From NCBI GenBank assembly GCA_964527425.1, contig CAZGOA010000002.1, positions 5,000 to 68,999 on the forward strand: 64,000 nt of DNA. The letters run 5' to 3'. The position numbers and the translations under genes are program-made. The first letter of the stretch is position 1. Every line of letters begins with the position of its first letter. The stretch comes from an uncultured Gammaproteobacteria bacterium (GTDB lineage Bacteria; Patescibacteriota; Microgenomatia; UBA10105; UBA927). This document shows, in pieces, positions 1-10,224 of this stretch. A model generated the notes under the pieces. The model saw only the letters and a program-made list of their open reading frames with translations, was not told where the DNA came from and did no database searches.

Positions 1-335
1 AACTCTTTTACATGCCATGATACCGCTTCTCCAATTTCTGAAAGGGCTACCTTTGGTAAGGTTAATTCTCGAGAGTAAGCAAATGCTTCAGGAAATGAAA
101 CAACAACGTATGGAGTAGTAAATTTACCTTTTTCGCGTAATGTTAGAAGTGCCTGTTTAAAAATATCTCCATTTACTAACACACTTTGTGAAAATAAATC
201 TTGAGGTATCTGAACTTCTGCAGTATTTTTAACTTTCCCTGCTCTATTGATTTGAACTCCACGCAGACTCATTCGGTCAATTGAGAGACCAAAAAATTCT
301 CTTGTCGGCAGAATTAAATCGGGCAGAGATAACAT
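1..335 (-). CDS. pilM: Type IV pilus assembly protein PilM-like (5' part; runs off the window edge)
   Basis: Not in the ORF track. Manual translation from ATG 335 gives MLSLPDLILPTREFFGLSIDRMSLRGVQI...YVVVSFPEAFAYSRELTLPKV, matching the PilM actin-like N-terminal pattern (FGLxI..; VxxSxP...xRxxxLP). Lies in the T4P locus. Confidence 0.75.
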   Translation of the reverse strand, partial: MLSLPDLILPTREFFGLSIDRMSLRGVQINRAGKVKNTAEVQIPQDLFSQSVLVNGDIFKQALLTLREKGKFTTPYVVVSFPEAFAYSRELTLPKVALSEIGEAVSWHVKE

Positions 336-360
336 ACTAGCTATATATATTCTATCAGCC

Positions 361-390
361 TTGAGTAATTAAATTCAAAGGACGTATGAT
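361..390 (+). promoter_or_regulatory. Putative sigma70 promoter of the minor pilin operon (probably leaderless)
   Basis: TTGAGT(361-366)-N18-TATGAT(385-390), 6 nt before ATG 397. Confidence 0.45.
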
Positions 391-396
391 AGAGGT

Positions 397-1734
397 ATGG
401 GTACATTGTATAAAAAGAAAACCGGCTTCAGTATGGTAGAGACGATTGTCGCTATTGGAGTCTTTTCTATTTTCTTTGCTGCTATTGCGTTTATCCTGCA
501 GCAAGTATTAGAAAACGTTGGAACAGCTAGAGTAAGAGCTGTAGCTCTCTCTCTAGGACAAGAAAAAATGGAAGTTATTCGAAATCTTCCATACGATAAT
601 GTAGGTACTATCGCTGGAATACCATCTGGTCCTCTGCAACAGTCAGAAATCGTCACTATTAACTCAACACCGTTTACTGTCACCACATCTATTTTTTATA
701 TAGATGACCCTTTTGATCAAAGTGCTCCAACTGATCCAATCCCTGCTGACTATAAACGTGTCCGAGTTCAAGTAACCTGGGGAGGTCTTTTTCCTTCTCG
801 ATCACCCGTTACCCTTGTTACAAATATTGTTCCAAGAGGGCTTGAATCAAATCCTGGAGGAGGTACGCTTATTATCCAAGTGCTCAATTCGCAAGGATTA
901 CCCTTATCAAATGCAAACGTTGCTATTACAAATACTCTGGTAGTACCGCAAATTAATATTTCTACATTAAGTGATGCCTCTGGATTTGTTGTTATACCGG
1001 CTGCTCCAGCATGCATAACCTGCTATTCTATTACTGTTAGTCGGTCAGGGTATTCGACAGATAAAACATATACTACCAGTGAAGTCGCCAATCCGCTCCA
1101 GCCACTTACCACCATTATTGAAGGAGAAATTACACAAGTGTCTTTTTCTATAGATCAGATAGGTAGTATTTCTATTAGTTCGCGAAGCACGCAGGAAACT
1201 GGCTATATTCCACTAACAAACGTTATTTTTACATTAAGAGGTAGTAAAATTATAGGATATGATACGCTAGATAAACCAGTATATAAATACTCTCAACAAT
1301 TTACGACTGGAGGAGGTACTGTAGGTGTTCCTAATTTGGAGTGGGATACTTATACGGTTGATCTAACTGATTCAAACTATACACTTGCAGGTTCTAATCC
1401 CTTAAACCCAATTACTGTTTTACCTGGTGTATTTAATACTCCAATGACTATATTAGCAGATCCTAAATATGCTTCTTCTCTTTTGGTTACTATTAAAGAT
1501 AATTTAAATCAATTATTAGCTTCTGTATCTTCAACGTTAAAAAATAGCACCACCGGGACGGAAATAACGAAAATTACTGCTGCAACCGGTTCTGCAAATT
1601 TTGGACAAGTCTTTTATAACAATTTAACGCTCGGGAACTATACAGTTACGGCATCGTTGTCGGGATATCAAGTTGCAAGTCAATCTGTAACAATAAATGG
1701 TAATCAACAATTGCAAATGGTCTTGAATCCTTAA
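397..1734 (+). CDS. Large minor pilin (PilV-like) with C-terminal beta-sandwich (carboxypeptidase-regulatory/CnaB-like) domains
   Basis: Class III signal KKKTG|FSMVE followed by a hydrophobic helix; YKRVRVQVTW pilin strand; two GxYTVTASxxGY-type beta domains. Confidence 0.8.
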   Translation: MGTLYKKKTGFSMVETIVAIGVFSIFFAAIAFILQQVLENVGTARVRAVALSLGQEKMEVIRNLPYDNVGTIAGIPSGPLQQSEIVTINSTPFTVTTSIFYIDDPFDQSAPTDPIPADYKRVRVQVTWGGLFPSRSPVTLVTNIVPRGLESNPGGGTLIIQVLNSQGLPLSNANVAITNTLVVPQINISTLSDASGFVVIPAAPACITCYSITVSRSGYSTDKTYTTSEVANPLQPLTTIIEGEITQVSFSIDQIGSISISSRSTQETGYIPLTNVIFTLRGSKIIGYDTLDKPVYKYSQQFTTGGGTVGVPNLEWDTYTVDLTDSNYTLAGSNPLNPITVLPGVFNTPMTILADPKYASSLLVTIKDNLNQLLASVSSTLKNSTTGTEITKITAATGSANFGQVFYNNLTLGNYTVTASLSGYQVASQSVTINGNQQLQMVLNP

Positions 1735-1756
1735 ATTCATGCAGTATGACTTGAAT

Positions 1757-2395
1757 ATGAAATATCTTTTACACACTAACAGTCATAGAAAATCAACACA
1801 TGGATTTACCTTTGTTGAGGTAATTATTGCTGTATTTTTATTTACTGTCATTGTTGCATTAACGTCAGGTTTTGTTGTGTATTATTTCAGTAATTATTCA
1901 TTTACTTTTGAACAGCAGCAGCAGGTTGGTCAAGCACAATCTGCTCTAACACAGATGATTCGGGAAATACGGAAAGCCCGACCTGGAGACGATGGTTCCT
2001 GGCCATTAGTTCAAACAGATGATGCTGTATTTATCTTTTATGCTGATGTAAATGGTGATAACCGCAGTGACAGAGTTCGCTATTTTTTAAGTGGCAACGA
2101 ACTAAGAAGAGGAATTATTCAACCCACTGCAGTACCAGTTACGTATCCTGTTGCAAATGAAGTAATTACAACACTTATGACCTCTGTTGAGGCAACTTCT
2201 AGTCCAATTTTTCGATACTACAACGGCGATTGGCCTGCGGATACAACCAATAATCCACTCTCACCTGCTAACAGAATACTGAATACTCGATTCGTTAAAA
2301 TAGATGTAAGATTGAACCAAACAACAAATTTTGCTGCTGAACCGTTTGAATTAAGCAGTGGAGTGAGTATTAGAAGTATGAAAAACAACTTATAA
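1757..2395 (+). CDS. Minor pilin, PilW/GspJ-like
   Basis: STHG|FTFVE prepilin motif; QMIREIRKA helix; VRYFLSGNELRR; alternative start at 1739. Confidence 0.8.
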   Translation: MKYLLHTNSHRKSTHGFTFVEVIIAVFLFTVIVALTSGFVVYYFSNYSFTFEQQQQVGQAQSALTQMIREIRKARPGDDGSWPLVQTDDAVFIFYADVNGDNRSDRVRYFLSGNELRRGIIQPTAVPVTYPVANEVITTLMTSVEATSSPIFRYYNGDWPADTTNNPLSPANRILNTRFVKIDVRLNQTTNFAAEPFELSSGVSIRSMKNNL

Positions 2396-2398
2396 ACT

Positions 2399-3811
2399 AT
2401 GAAATACAAAACATCAACATCAGGCAATAATAATTTCAAGAATATATATGCCGGTAGTATTTCAATATTAGTTCTTGTGTTTGGATTGATGTTTTCTGTC
2501 GCTATTGGTGGACTAGTCATTGTTGCAGAAGTTCAGCAGAATAATGCATATAGAACTGATATTTATGAACGAGCATTAACGGTAGCTCAGGCAGGTGCCG
2601 AGTATTATCGCTGGCATCTTGCTCATGCACCCACAGATTATACTGATGGTACTGGACAACCTGGACCATATGTCCACCCTCTTTCTGATCCATATGGCCA
2701 AACTGAAGGAACGTTTAGTTTAATGATTACTCCACCGGCTGCAGGCTCTTCTAACATAACCATTGAGTCTACTGGCTGGTTAAATAGCAATCCTGAAATA
2801 AAACGTAAAGTTATTGCTCGATATGGTATACCTTCTCTTGCAAGATTTTCTTTTCTCCATAATGCTAATGTATGGTTTGGTTCTGGATTAACTGTTCAGG
2901 GACCAGCATTATCCAATGGTGGAATTCGTATGGATGGGGTGAATATATCTACAATTCAAAGTGCCAGACAAACGTATACTTGTGGTACAGAAACAGGTTG
3001 TTCTCCTTCACAAATACGGAATGGCGTATGGGGGTCTGGGGGTCCATCTAATTTATGGCAATTTCCTGTTCCAGCTGTCGATTTTAATAGTTTAAATCTT
3101 GATTTCAGTACTATGAGAACTGCAGCTCAAGCGAATGGATTATATTTGCCAGCTTCGGGTAGCTTGGGATACAGAATCCAATTTCAATCAAATGGTAATT
3201 ACACTGTAAGACGAGTAACAAATGCTACGAGCAGATCTGGTTGGAGCGTTGAGAATGGATGTCAAAGCTTAGCGCAAGACATTACGAATTCTGTCAATGT
3301 TGGTACTTATTCAATTGCTCAAAGACCTATTATTTTTGCTGAAGACAATTTATGGGTTGAGGGTGTAGTTAATGGTAAAGCAACTGTAGTTGCTGCACGT
3401 TTTCCCTTAAATGTTAACTTTATGAATATTTGGATAACCAATAACTTAACCTACGTTGCAAAAGATGGTCATTCCAATCTTGGTCTGTTTGCCCAAAATA
3501 ATATTTATTTTGGACTGAATGTACCAGAAGATTTTGAAATCAATGCTGCACTACTTGCATCTCAAGGCAGAATAATCCGTCATAATTATCGTTACTCAGG
3601 ATGTAGTTATTATTCTGCAGCTGTAAAAGACAACTTAACGATTTATGGGTCTGTAATTAGTAATCAAAAATCATATTGGAATTTTGGTACTGGTCCAACA
3701 TCTGGATTTAGAGAACGCTTAATCACCTATGATAGTAACTTATATTTTGATGCTCCACCTTACTTTCCTGATCAAGGTGAATATGAATTTATATCCTGGA
3801 CGGAAGAATAA
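2399..3811 (+). CDS. Minor pilin, PilX/GspK-like, with large C-terminal domain
   Basis: YAG|SISIL motif without Glu5; ALTVAQAGAEY PilX N-terminal motif; ITIESTG; several Cys. Confidence 0.75.
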   Translation: MKYKTSTSGNNNFKNIYAGSISILVLVFGLMFSVAIGGLVIVAEVQQNNAYRTDIYERALTVAQAGAEYYRWHLAHAPTDYTDGTGQPGPYVHPLSDPYGQTEGTFSLMITPPAAGSSNITIESTGWLNSNPEIKRKVIARYGIPSLARFSFLHNANVWFGSGLTVQGPALSNGGIRMDGVNISTIQSARQTYTCGTETGCSPSQIRNGVWGSGGPSNLWQFPVPAVDFNSLNLDFSTMRTAAQANGLYLPASGSLGYRIQFQSNGNYTVRRVTNATSRSGWSVENGCQSLAQDITNSVNVGTYSIAQRPIIFAEDNLWVEGVVNGKATVVAARFPLNVNFMNIWITNNLTYVAKDGHSNLGLFAQNNIYFGLNVPEDFEINAALLASQGRIIRHNYRYSGCSYYSAAVKDNLTIYGSVISNQKSYWNFGTGPTSGFRERLITYDSNLYFDAPPYFPDQGEYEFISWTEE

Positions 3812-3968
3812 TAAGTGTTGATTTGTTAAGAAAAAACACTAAAGTTTTTTAAAAAACTTATTACTCTTATGTTAGCAGAAACAAATGTATTTATGATAGA
3901 TTCAGGTTCATCTTGCCATGGTTTTATCAAACTCACTGATTGAGAAGAGTTAAAGAATGAAGGATTTG

Positions 3969-5177
3969 TTATCTTCCTGCAGCTTGTTGGAAATTACCAA
4001 CGACACTATAAATAGGAGCAATAATTGAGAGAATCATGACTCCGACTGCAACTCCTACTAATAACATCATGACTGGCTCTATGATTTGTGTTAATCCTTT
4101 AACCTCTTCTTCTACTTCTCCTTCATAAAAGGTAGCAAGATCTGCCATTGTACTATCTATTGTTGCGGTTTTCTCCCCCGCTGCTATCATTTGCACGACT
4201 AAGGATGGAAATACTTTTTGTTCTTTCATAGAACTGGCAAGCGTTCGACCTTTGCGTATTTGCTCTGGAATTGTTATTTTTAAGTTTCTATAATCTTTCC
4301 AGCTTAATAGTGAGAGCGATATTTCGAGTGCATCGGTAATGGGAACAGCACTTTTCATGAGTGTTGAAAAAATTCTTGAAAACCGTGCTAAATCTATTTT
4401 TTGAATGAGCCTTCGAATAAATGGGATTAATCCTAACGCACTCAATAACATGTCTCTTACTTGTTGCGATCGTAATGCAAAAAACCCACCAATAAGAGAT
4501 AGAACAGTTAACATAACAACTGGTATTATTTGTTTTGAAAAAGCAATACTAAGAGTAAACAGTAATCTGGTAGGAGCTGGAAGCGGCAGATTTAGGCTTA
4601 AAAATACTTTTCCGATTGAGGGCAACACGAAGAAAAACATGAGAATACCCATTCCGATCATCGCTACAAATATTATTGCAGGATACATCATTGCACCCTT
4701 AACTTTTGATGCAAGACTATACTCAGCACGCAGTTCTATTTCTAATTGCGTAAACACTTCAGCTAATTTTCCACTAATTTCGCCTGCTCTGACCAAAGTT
4801 AAAAAATATGATTCGAACACACCTGGATATTTTTCAAATATTTCTGATAACTGTTGACCTTGTTGTAATCCATATTGCATATCTTCCAATATTTTTTTCA
4901 TAACTGGATTTTTCGTTTCTCTGGAAAGCACATCAATTCCTTCTGAAAGCGATAATCCTGTTGAAAGCATAATACCCATATACCGACAAAAGGTAATTTT
5001 ATCTACAGCAGGAACTGTACCGTGCATTTGAACATTATCGATGTTTTCTTTAATAACTACGGGAGTTAAACCTTGTTTAGTCAATGAACTGGCAACTTCT
5101 TCTTTAGTTTTGGCAGAAACTACACCTTCTGTAAGGTGTTTACTACTGTCTACTGCTTTATATTTAAATGAAGCCAT
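3969..5177 (-). CDS. pilC: Type IV pilus platform protein PilC (T2SS F family)
   Basis: Two T2SSF repeats (LVRAGEISGKL; MIAAGEKTATI), AMMYP and IIEP motifs, three TM segments. Confidence 0.93.
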   Translation of the reverse strand: MASFKYKAVDSSKHLTEGVVSAKTKEEVASSLTKQGLTPVVIKENIDNVQMHGTVPAVDKITFCRYMGIMLSTGLSLSEGIDVLSRETKNPVMKKILEDMQYGLQQGQQLSEIFEKYPGVFESYFLTLVRAGEISGKLAEVFTQLEIELRAEYSLASKVKGAMMYPAIIFVAMIGMGILMFFFVLPSIGKVFLSLNLPLPAPTRLLFTLSIAFSKQIIPVVMLTVLSLIGGFFALRSQQVRDMLLSALGLIPFIRRLIQKIDLARFSRIFSTLMKSAVPITDALEISLSLLSWKDYRNLKITIPEQIRKGRTLASSMKEQKVFPSLVVQMIAAGEKTATIDSTMADLATFYEGEVEEEVKGLTQIIEPVMMLLVGVAVGVMILSIIAPIYSVVGNFQQAAGR

Positions 5178-5198
5178 AACAAGTTACATTAGAATTTC

Positions 5199-6875
5199 TT
5201 ACTCACGAACAACACGCAATACTTCCTCTATGCTTGTTAAACCGCCACTTGCTTTATTCAACCCATCACGTAAAAGTGGAGTCATTCCATTTCGCATTGC
5301 TTCTCTGGCAATTTCTTCTGAAGGTACTTTTTGAATGATCAATTTTCGAATTTTTTCGTTCACTTCCAGAATTTCAAAAATTCCTATTCTCCCTTTATAC
5401 CCCCTTCCCCCACATTCTTGACAACCTATCCCTTTGTAGAGTGTTTGCGGAACTTGCCATTCTGGTGCAATTTTTTGTAAATATTCGACTTGTTCTGATG
5501 GCAAAGTATAACTTTGAATACATCTCGTACACAATTTTCGAACAAGTCGTTGTGCAATAATTAAATTTAATGTTGAAGCAAGTAAGAATCCTTCGGTTCC
5601 CATATCTGTAAATCGAGGAATTGCGCCCGCGGCATCATTTGTATGAAGTGTTGATAACACCAAATGACCTGTAAGCGATGAGTGTATCGCCATTTCTGCA
5701 GTTTCTGTATCACGAATTTCTCCAACCATGATAATATCTGGATCGTGACGCAAGAGAGCTCTTAAGCCTGCTGCAAAGGTTAATCCTGCTGCTGTATTTA
5801 TTTGTGTTTGATTTACTCGTTTAATGCCATATTCTACAGGATCTTCTATAGTACACATTTTTACTTCTGTTGAATTGAGCATTGTCAAAACGCTATAGAG
5901 AGTTGTTGTTTTTCCTGATCCTGTTGGACCAGTGACGAGAATCATTCCGTGAGGTTTTACGATGTTTCTATTTACTAATTCTAAATTAAATCCAGTAAGG
6001 CCTAACTCTTCAAACGAAAGTGGACGTGCTGATTCTGCTAAAATTCGAAGTACAATATTTTCTCCGTAAAACGATGGCAAAATAGACACACGCAGTGCAA
6101 TATAGCTTTCTTTAATTTTAAATTTAAACCTTCCGTCCTGAGGTATTCGGTGTTCATCAATTTTAAGTTGCGAGAGTATCTTAATACGCGCAATAATTGC
6201 CGGATGGATCATTTTAGGTAGCTCAACAATATCTCTTAATACTCCATCTATACGAAATCTCGTCACAAATGATTCTTCCATTGCCTCAAAATGAATATCT
6301 GAAGCACCTTCTGCTACTGCATATTCTAAAACAGTATCAAGAATTCTAATTACGGGCAGATCAAGTGCCATCTTTTCACTATCTCTTCCAGCTTTTTGAC
6401 TTTCCTGAAGATTTTCTTTAATAATCTTGTCGAAAACCTCTTTTATGTTTCTTTTATATTGTCCTATGGCTTTTGTAATATCGGTATACCGGGAATATGA
6501 TATTTTTAATTTATAACCTGTTTTTCGTTTAACAAACTCTTTTGCTTCAAGATCTGAAGGGTCATCCATTGCAAGTGATAATTCATTTCCTGATAGTTCA
6601 TAGGGAATCATTTTAAACGTAGCTGCCGCTTCTTCTGGAATAAGAAGAAGCACCTCTAGAGGAATTGTTTTGTGTGATAAATCAATAAATGGAACCTTAT
6701 AATATTCTGCAATTAAGTTCCCTAAAATGTCTTCTGTTAAAAACCCTTTATATGCTAAAACGTCTGCAATATCTTTCTTGAGTTCTGTCGCAGATTTTAC
6801 TGCAGTGTCATAATCTTCTGAAGATACAAATCCAGATTTTACAACGATTTCACGTAATTGAGCAGCAGAAAGCAT
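5199..6875 (-). CDS. pilB: Type IV pilus assembly ATPase PilB (GspE/PulE family)
   Basis: ASDIHFE, RIPQDGR, Walker A GPTGSGKTT, TIEDPVE, LRHDPDIIMVGEIRD, TGHLVLSTLH, tetra-Cys motif. Confidence 0.95.
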   Translation of the reverse strand: MLSAAQLREIVVKSGFVSSEDYDTAVKSATELKKDIADVLAYKGFLTEDILGNLIAEYYKVPFIDLSHKTIPLEVLLLIPEEAAATFKMIPYELSGNELSLAMDDPSDLEAKEFVKRKTGYKLKISYSRYTDITKAIGQYKRNIKEVFDKIIKENLQESQKAGRDSEKMALDLPVIRILDTVLEYAVAEGASDIHFEAMEESFVTRFRIDGVLRDIVELPKMIHPAIIARIKILSQLKIDEHRIPQDGRFKFKIKESYIALRVSILPSFYGENIVLRILAESARPLSFEELGLTGFNLELVNRNIVKPHGMILVTGPTGSGKTTTLYSVLTMLNSTEVKMCTIEDPVEYGIKRVNQTQINTAAGLTFAAGLRALLRHDPDIIMVGEIRDTETAEMAIHSSLTGHLVLSTLHTNDAAGAIPRFTDMGTEGFLLASTLNLIIAQRLVRKLCTRCIQSYTLPSEQVEYLQKIAPEWQVPQTLYKGIGCQECGGRGYKGRIGIFEILEVNEKIRKLIIQKVPSEEIAREAMRNGMTPLLRDGLNKASGGLTSIEEVLRVVRE

Positions 6876-6887
6876 GAATTCAATGTT

Positions 6888-6936
6888 GTTTGTAAAAAGT
6901 ATGCTACTTTGTAACCATGGATACTGTTTTACAAAC
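6888..6936. repeat. Inverted repeat between the response regulator and pilB
   Basis: GTTTGTAAAA-AGTAT...ATACT-G-TTTTACAAAC. Confidence 0.55.
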
Positions 6937-7307
6937 TAATTTGGTTTTACATAGGATTTAATTTTATTAACCAATTCGGTGGGGGAGATATTTGCTTTCG
7001 TTATAAATTCTGTTGCTCCTACATCAAGGGCTCGTTTTGATTCTGCTTCTTGTGCAAGATTGGAATACATTATGATTGGAGTATTTTTAAACTGTTCTTC
7101 AGCACGCAGAGTTTCAATAACTGTAAAACCATCTACTTTAGGCATCATAACATCTAATAATATTAAATCCGGACGTTCCTTTTCTGCTAATTCAATACCT
7201 TTTTCTCCATCTTCTGCAGATACTATTTCATACCCATCTGCTTTCAGACGAGTTGTATATATTTTTACAATTAAAGAATCATCTTCTACTAATAAAATTT
7301 TTGCCAT
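6936..7307 (-). CDS. Stand-alone (CheY-like) response regulator receiver
   Basis: KILLVEDD, PDLILLDVMMP (phospho-Asp), SN and FITK motifs; no output domain; start reassigned to MAKIL at 7307. Confidence 0.92.
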   Translation of the reverse strand: MAKILLVEDDSLIVKIYTTRLKADGYEIVSAEDGEKGIELAEKERPDLILLDVMMPKVDGFTVIETLRAEEQFKNTPIIMYSNLAQEAESKRALDVGATEFITKANISPTELVNKIKSYVKPN

Positions 7308-7377
7308 ATTACTTTTAAACAATACAAAGATACAAACTTTATAAACTTTTTTCAAACATACTTCGTATTATACATAG

Positions 7378-9507
7378 TTATTTAACAATCGGCAGAGTGA
7401 AATAGAATGTAGTTCCTTTCCCAACCTCTGAATCTAACCAGATACTTCCTCCAAGACCTTCAATAATTTTTTGAGATAGATACAGTCCTAATCCTGTTCC
7501 TCCATATGTTTTTGTATACTTTTGATCTCGTTTTACTTGAGAAAACTTTTTAAACAACAGATCAAAGTCTTCTTTATGAATACCTGTTCCTGTATCTTTG
7601 ACCTGGGTTACTACCATACCATCTTTTACTTCCGTTTTTATGGTGATACCGCCTTCAGAAGTAAACTTAAGTGCATTACTAATTAAGTTAATAACCACTT
7701 CTTTTATTTTATCTTCATCTGCAATGACTAATGGAAGCTCTCCTACTTGCTCATAGGTTATGTATAAATGTTTTTCTTTTACAGCAAGTTTTAAGTTTTT
7801 GACAACATCAGCAATAAGCTCACTTAACTGTACATGAGAAAGCGTAAAAGATAACTTGCCTGATTCTATTCGAGAAGTATTAAGTAAATTATTGACTAGA
7901 CGAATAAGTCGATCATTTTCATTGTATGCTGCAGTTAAAAATTCTCTTGAATCGTTAGAGATTGGTCCTGCATAACCCTCAAGAATTGTGGAAATTGAAC
8001 CTTTGATTGCAGCCATGGGTGTGCGCAACTCATGAGAGGCTAAAGATACAAATTCATCTTTTAATTTGTCTAGTTCCTGAAGTTGACTATTTGCTTCTTT
8101 CAGTTCTTTCGTCGCTTTTTCTACTTCTTCTTGAAGTGTAATATTAAAACGCCTTATTTCTTCATATGACCTTGCATTTTGAAATGCTATTGCAGACTCA
8201 CTTGCTAAAATTGATATGACACTCAAATCTTGTTCAGTAAAAATATCTCCTGATTCTTTTTGACCCAGTATAAAATATACTCCCAGTTCTGTCTCAGTTT
8301 TTAATTTTACCAAAATATAGATACCATACTTAATAAATAATTCTTTTACATTTCCTTCGGAAATTTCATCAAATATTTGCAGTTTGCTTTGGATACTCTG
8401 TAATAACTCAAAATCATCTTCAGACATATCTGAAACCACTTGGAAGTTTTTGTGATATGTTTGATGGATATTATTCTTTGCCAGAAGAAGTACAGCACTC
8501 TTAGTAATTTTTAAACTTTTTTCAAGTTCATTAAAGAGAGCCCCCGTCATATCTTGCAGATTTAGCGTCCCTGCCAATATTTTGCTAATTTCACTTAAAA
8601 CCTTGTCGCTGTTATAACTATTTTTGTAAAAAATTCTACTGGATACCGATTCAAATAATTTTCGAAGAGGTGTGAATGTAAACGAAGCAACAAACGTTAG
8701 AGAGATTAGGGTTGCAAATTGAATCTGTGTCAGTGATAAATCAACTAATATTGTACCAAATCCAATAACTAATAATGAATATAGTATACCAATTACTACC
8801 AACACCAAAACAAATGACACTGCCCTTACAATTATCAACCGAATATCCATGAGTCTATGTCGAATAATTGCATATGATGTGAATCCAACTAACAATAACG
8901 TGGCAGCAGGACTAAAGAAGCCAAATCTGCTTATTCCTACTGCAGGCAAAATGACACCAGTTAGTGTTACAGCAAACAAGAAAGAAAAAAATCCAAAAAA
9001 TAAAAATTTGATTTGGTTTCTTGGTCTCCCTGTACTATTTCGAAACTTTTTAAAAAGTGTAACACTACCGAATATTGCTCCAAATACTGACCATAACATT
9101 AATAGTGGATATAACACACCTAAAACCGGTTGTATTTGATCAAAGTCAGAATTTATTCCTGAAACAAATGGATGAAATGGAGTAAGAATAAGAAATAGGG
9201 CAACTGGTATTACACAAAAATAAATTAAATATTTTATGTTTAACTTGTGGCCCTCAGGAAAATGTTTAGAAAACAATATAAAACTGCTTACGCCAAAAAG
9301 ATTTCCAAAAAACAAAGTTAAATCACTCCAGAATAAGGTCTTAAACGTAAACAAGAATCCAATAGATAGTGTCCATAAAGATAGTGTTCCAGCAAAAAAA
9401 ACAAAACTTTTATTTACCCAACTATGTGAATTCCGTTGATAAACAATCAGTGCGAGAATAAAATTTATGAGAGCGATACCACCTACAAACAGTAAAAAAG
9501 GATTCAT
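7378..9507 (-). CDS. Membrane sensor histidine kinase (N-terminal 7TM HisKA_7TM-like input, GAF-like region, HisKA, HATPase)
   Basis: About 9 TM segments ending YAIIRHRLMDI; H-box ASHELRTP; N-box NLISNALKF; DTGTGI; GGTGLGL. Confidence 0.93.
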   Translation of the reverse strand: MNPFLLFVGGIALINFILALIVYQRNSHSWVNKSFVFFAGTLSLWTLSIGFLFTFKTLFWSDLTLFFGNLFGVSSFILFSKHFPEGHKLNIKYLIYFCVIPVALFLILTPFHPFVSGINSDFDQIQPVLGVLYPLLMLWSVFGAIFGSVTLFKKFRNSTGRPRNQIKFLFFGFFSFLFAVTLTGVILPAVGISRFGFFSPAATLLLVGFTSYAIIRHRLMDIRLIIVRAVSFVLVLVVIGILYSLLVIGFGTILVDLSLTQIQFATLISLTFVASFTFTPLRKLFESVSSRIFYKNSYNSDKVLSEISKILAGTLNLQDMTGALFNELEKSLKITKSAVLLLAKNNIHQTYHKNFQVVSDMSEDDFELLQSIQSKLQIFDEISEGNVKELFIKYGIYILVKLKTETELGVYFILGQKESGDIFTEQDLSVISILASESAIAFQNARSYEEIRRFNITLQEEVEKATKELKEANSQLQELDKLKDEFVSLASHELRTPMAAIKGSISTILEGYAGPISNDSREFLTAAYNENDRLIRLVNNLLNTSRIESGKLSFTLSHVQLSELIADVVKNLKLAVKEKHLYITYEQVGELPLVIADEDKIKEVVINLISNALKFTSEGGITIKTEVKDGMVVTQVKDTGTGIHKEDFDLLFKKFSQVKRDQKYTKTYGGTGLGLYLSQKIIEGLGGSIWLDSEVGKGTTFYFTLPIVK

Positions 9508-9512
9508 ATAAT

Positions 9513-10208
9513 TCAGTCTTTTTTAGTAAGAACCAATAAATAACTTTGCATATATGTTTCTTTAATAGATATTGACTTTATATTAAGATTTTTTACCATC
9601 TCTTCCCATTCTTCTTGAGAAAGAAAATGGAAACCTTTATTGTTTGCTTTTAATTTAATAATCAAATTGAAAAAAAATAAGGGAAGTGTAATAAAAAACA
9701 TTTTCACCTTCGCAAATCCCTTAACTGAATTAATAATTTCAAAATATGCTGCAGTAAATTTTGCTTTTGAGTGAGGATTAACTATCACTAATGTACCTCC
9801 CGGTTTTAAAACTCTCAATAATTCTGAAACAGTAAAAGCCGGATTACTTACAGCATATATCGAATTAATTGCAACAATACTGTCAAAATAATTCTTCTCT
9901 AAAGGTAGCTTATCATTTACACTTGCCAAAAATAAACGCATATTTGTAAAAGAACCTACTTTTTTTCTGGCTTTTGATAACATAACCTTTGAGATATCAA
10001 TTCCTACATACTCACCAAGTTTATCTTTTGCTACAAGCTCCATAAAATTACCAGTACCGCATCCCACATCTAATACACGTATGTTGGGCTTAACTAAGGC
10101 ACCCTTTTTAACATCTTGTAACAAATGTTGATATGGAGGGAGCAAACGAACTAAATCGTATACATGAGCGTATATTTGCCAAAATATTTCACTTCGTTGG
10201 TTTTTCAT
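9513..10208 (-). CDS. Class I SAM-dependent methyltransferase
   Basis: VLDVGCGTG motif I, GIDIS, FDSIV, RVLKPGG; ATG 10208 is preceded by GGAG. Confidence 0.9.
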   Translation of the reverse strand: MKNQRSEIFWQIYAHVYDLVRLLPPYQHLLQDVKKGALVKPNIRVLDVGCGTGNFMELVAKDKLGEYVGIDISKVMLSKARKKVGSFTNMRLFLASVNDKLPLEKNYFDSIVAINSIYAVSNPAFTVSELLRVLKPGGTLVIVNPHSKAKFTAAYFEIINSVKGFAKVKMFFITLPLFFFNLIIKLKANNKGFHFLSQEEWEEMVKNLNIKSISIKETYMQSYLLVLTKKD

Positions 10209-10224
10209 CTTTATCTCCAAGCTG

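Noticed and set aside
3842-3859. AAGTTTTTTAAAAAACTT palindrome as a bidirectional terminator between the pilX-like gene and pilC
   Set aside because: Almost entirely A/T with essentially no loop; too weak to call
336-3968. Invertible (phase-variable) minor-pilin cassette, since it is oriented opposite to pilB-pilC and pilM
   Set aside because: No inverted repeats found at the two flanks and no recombinase in the window
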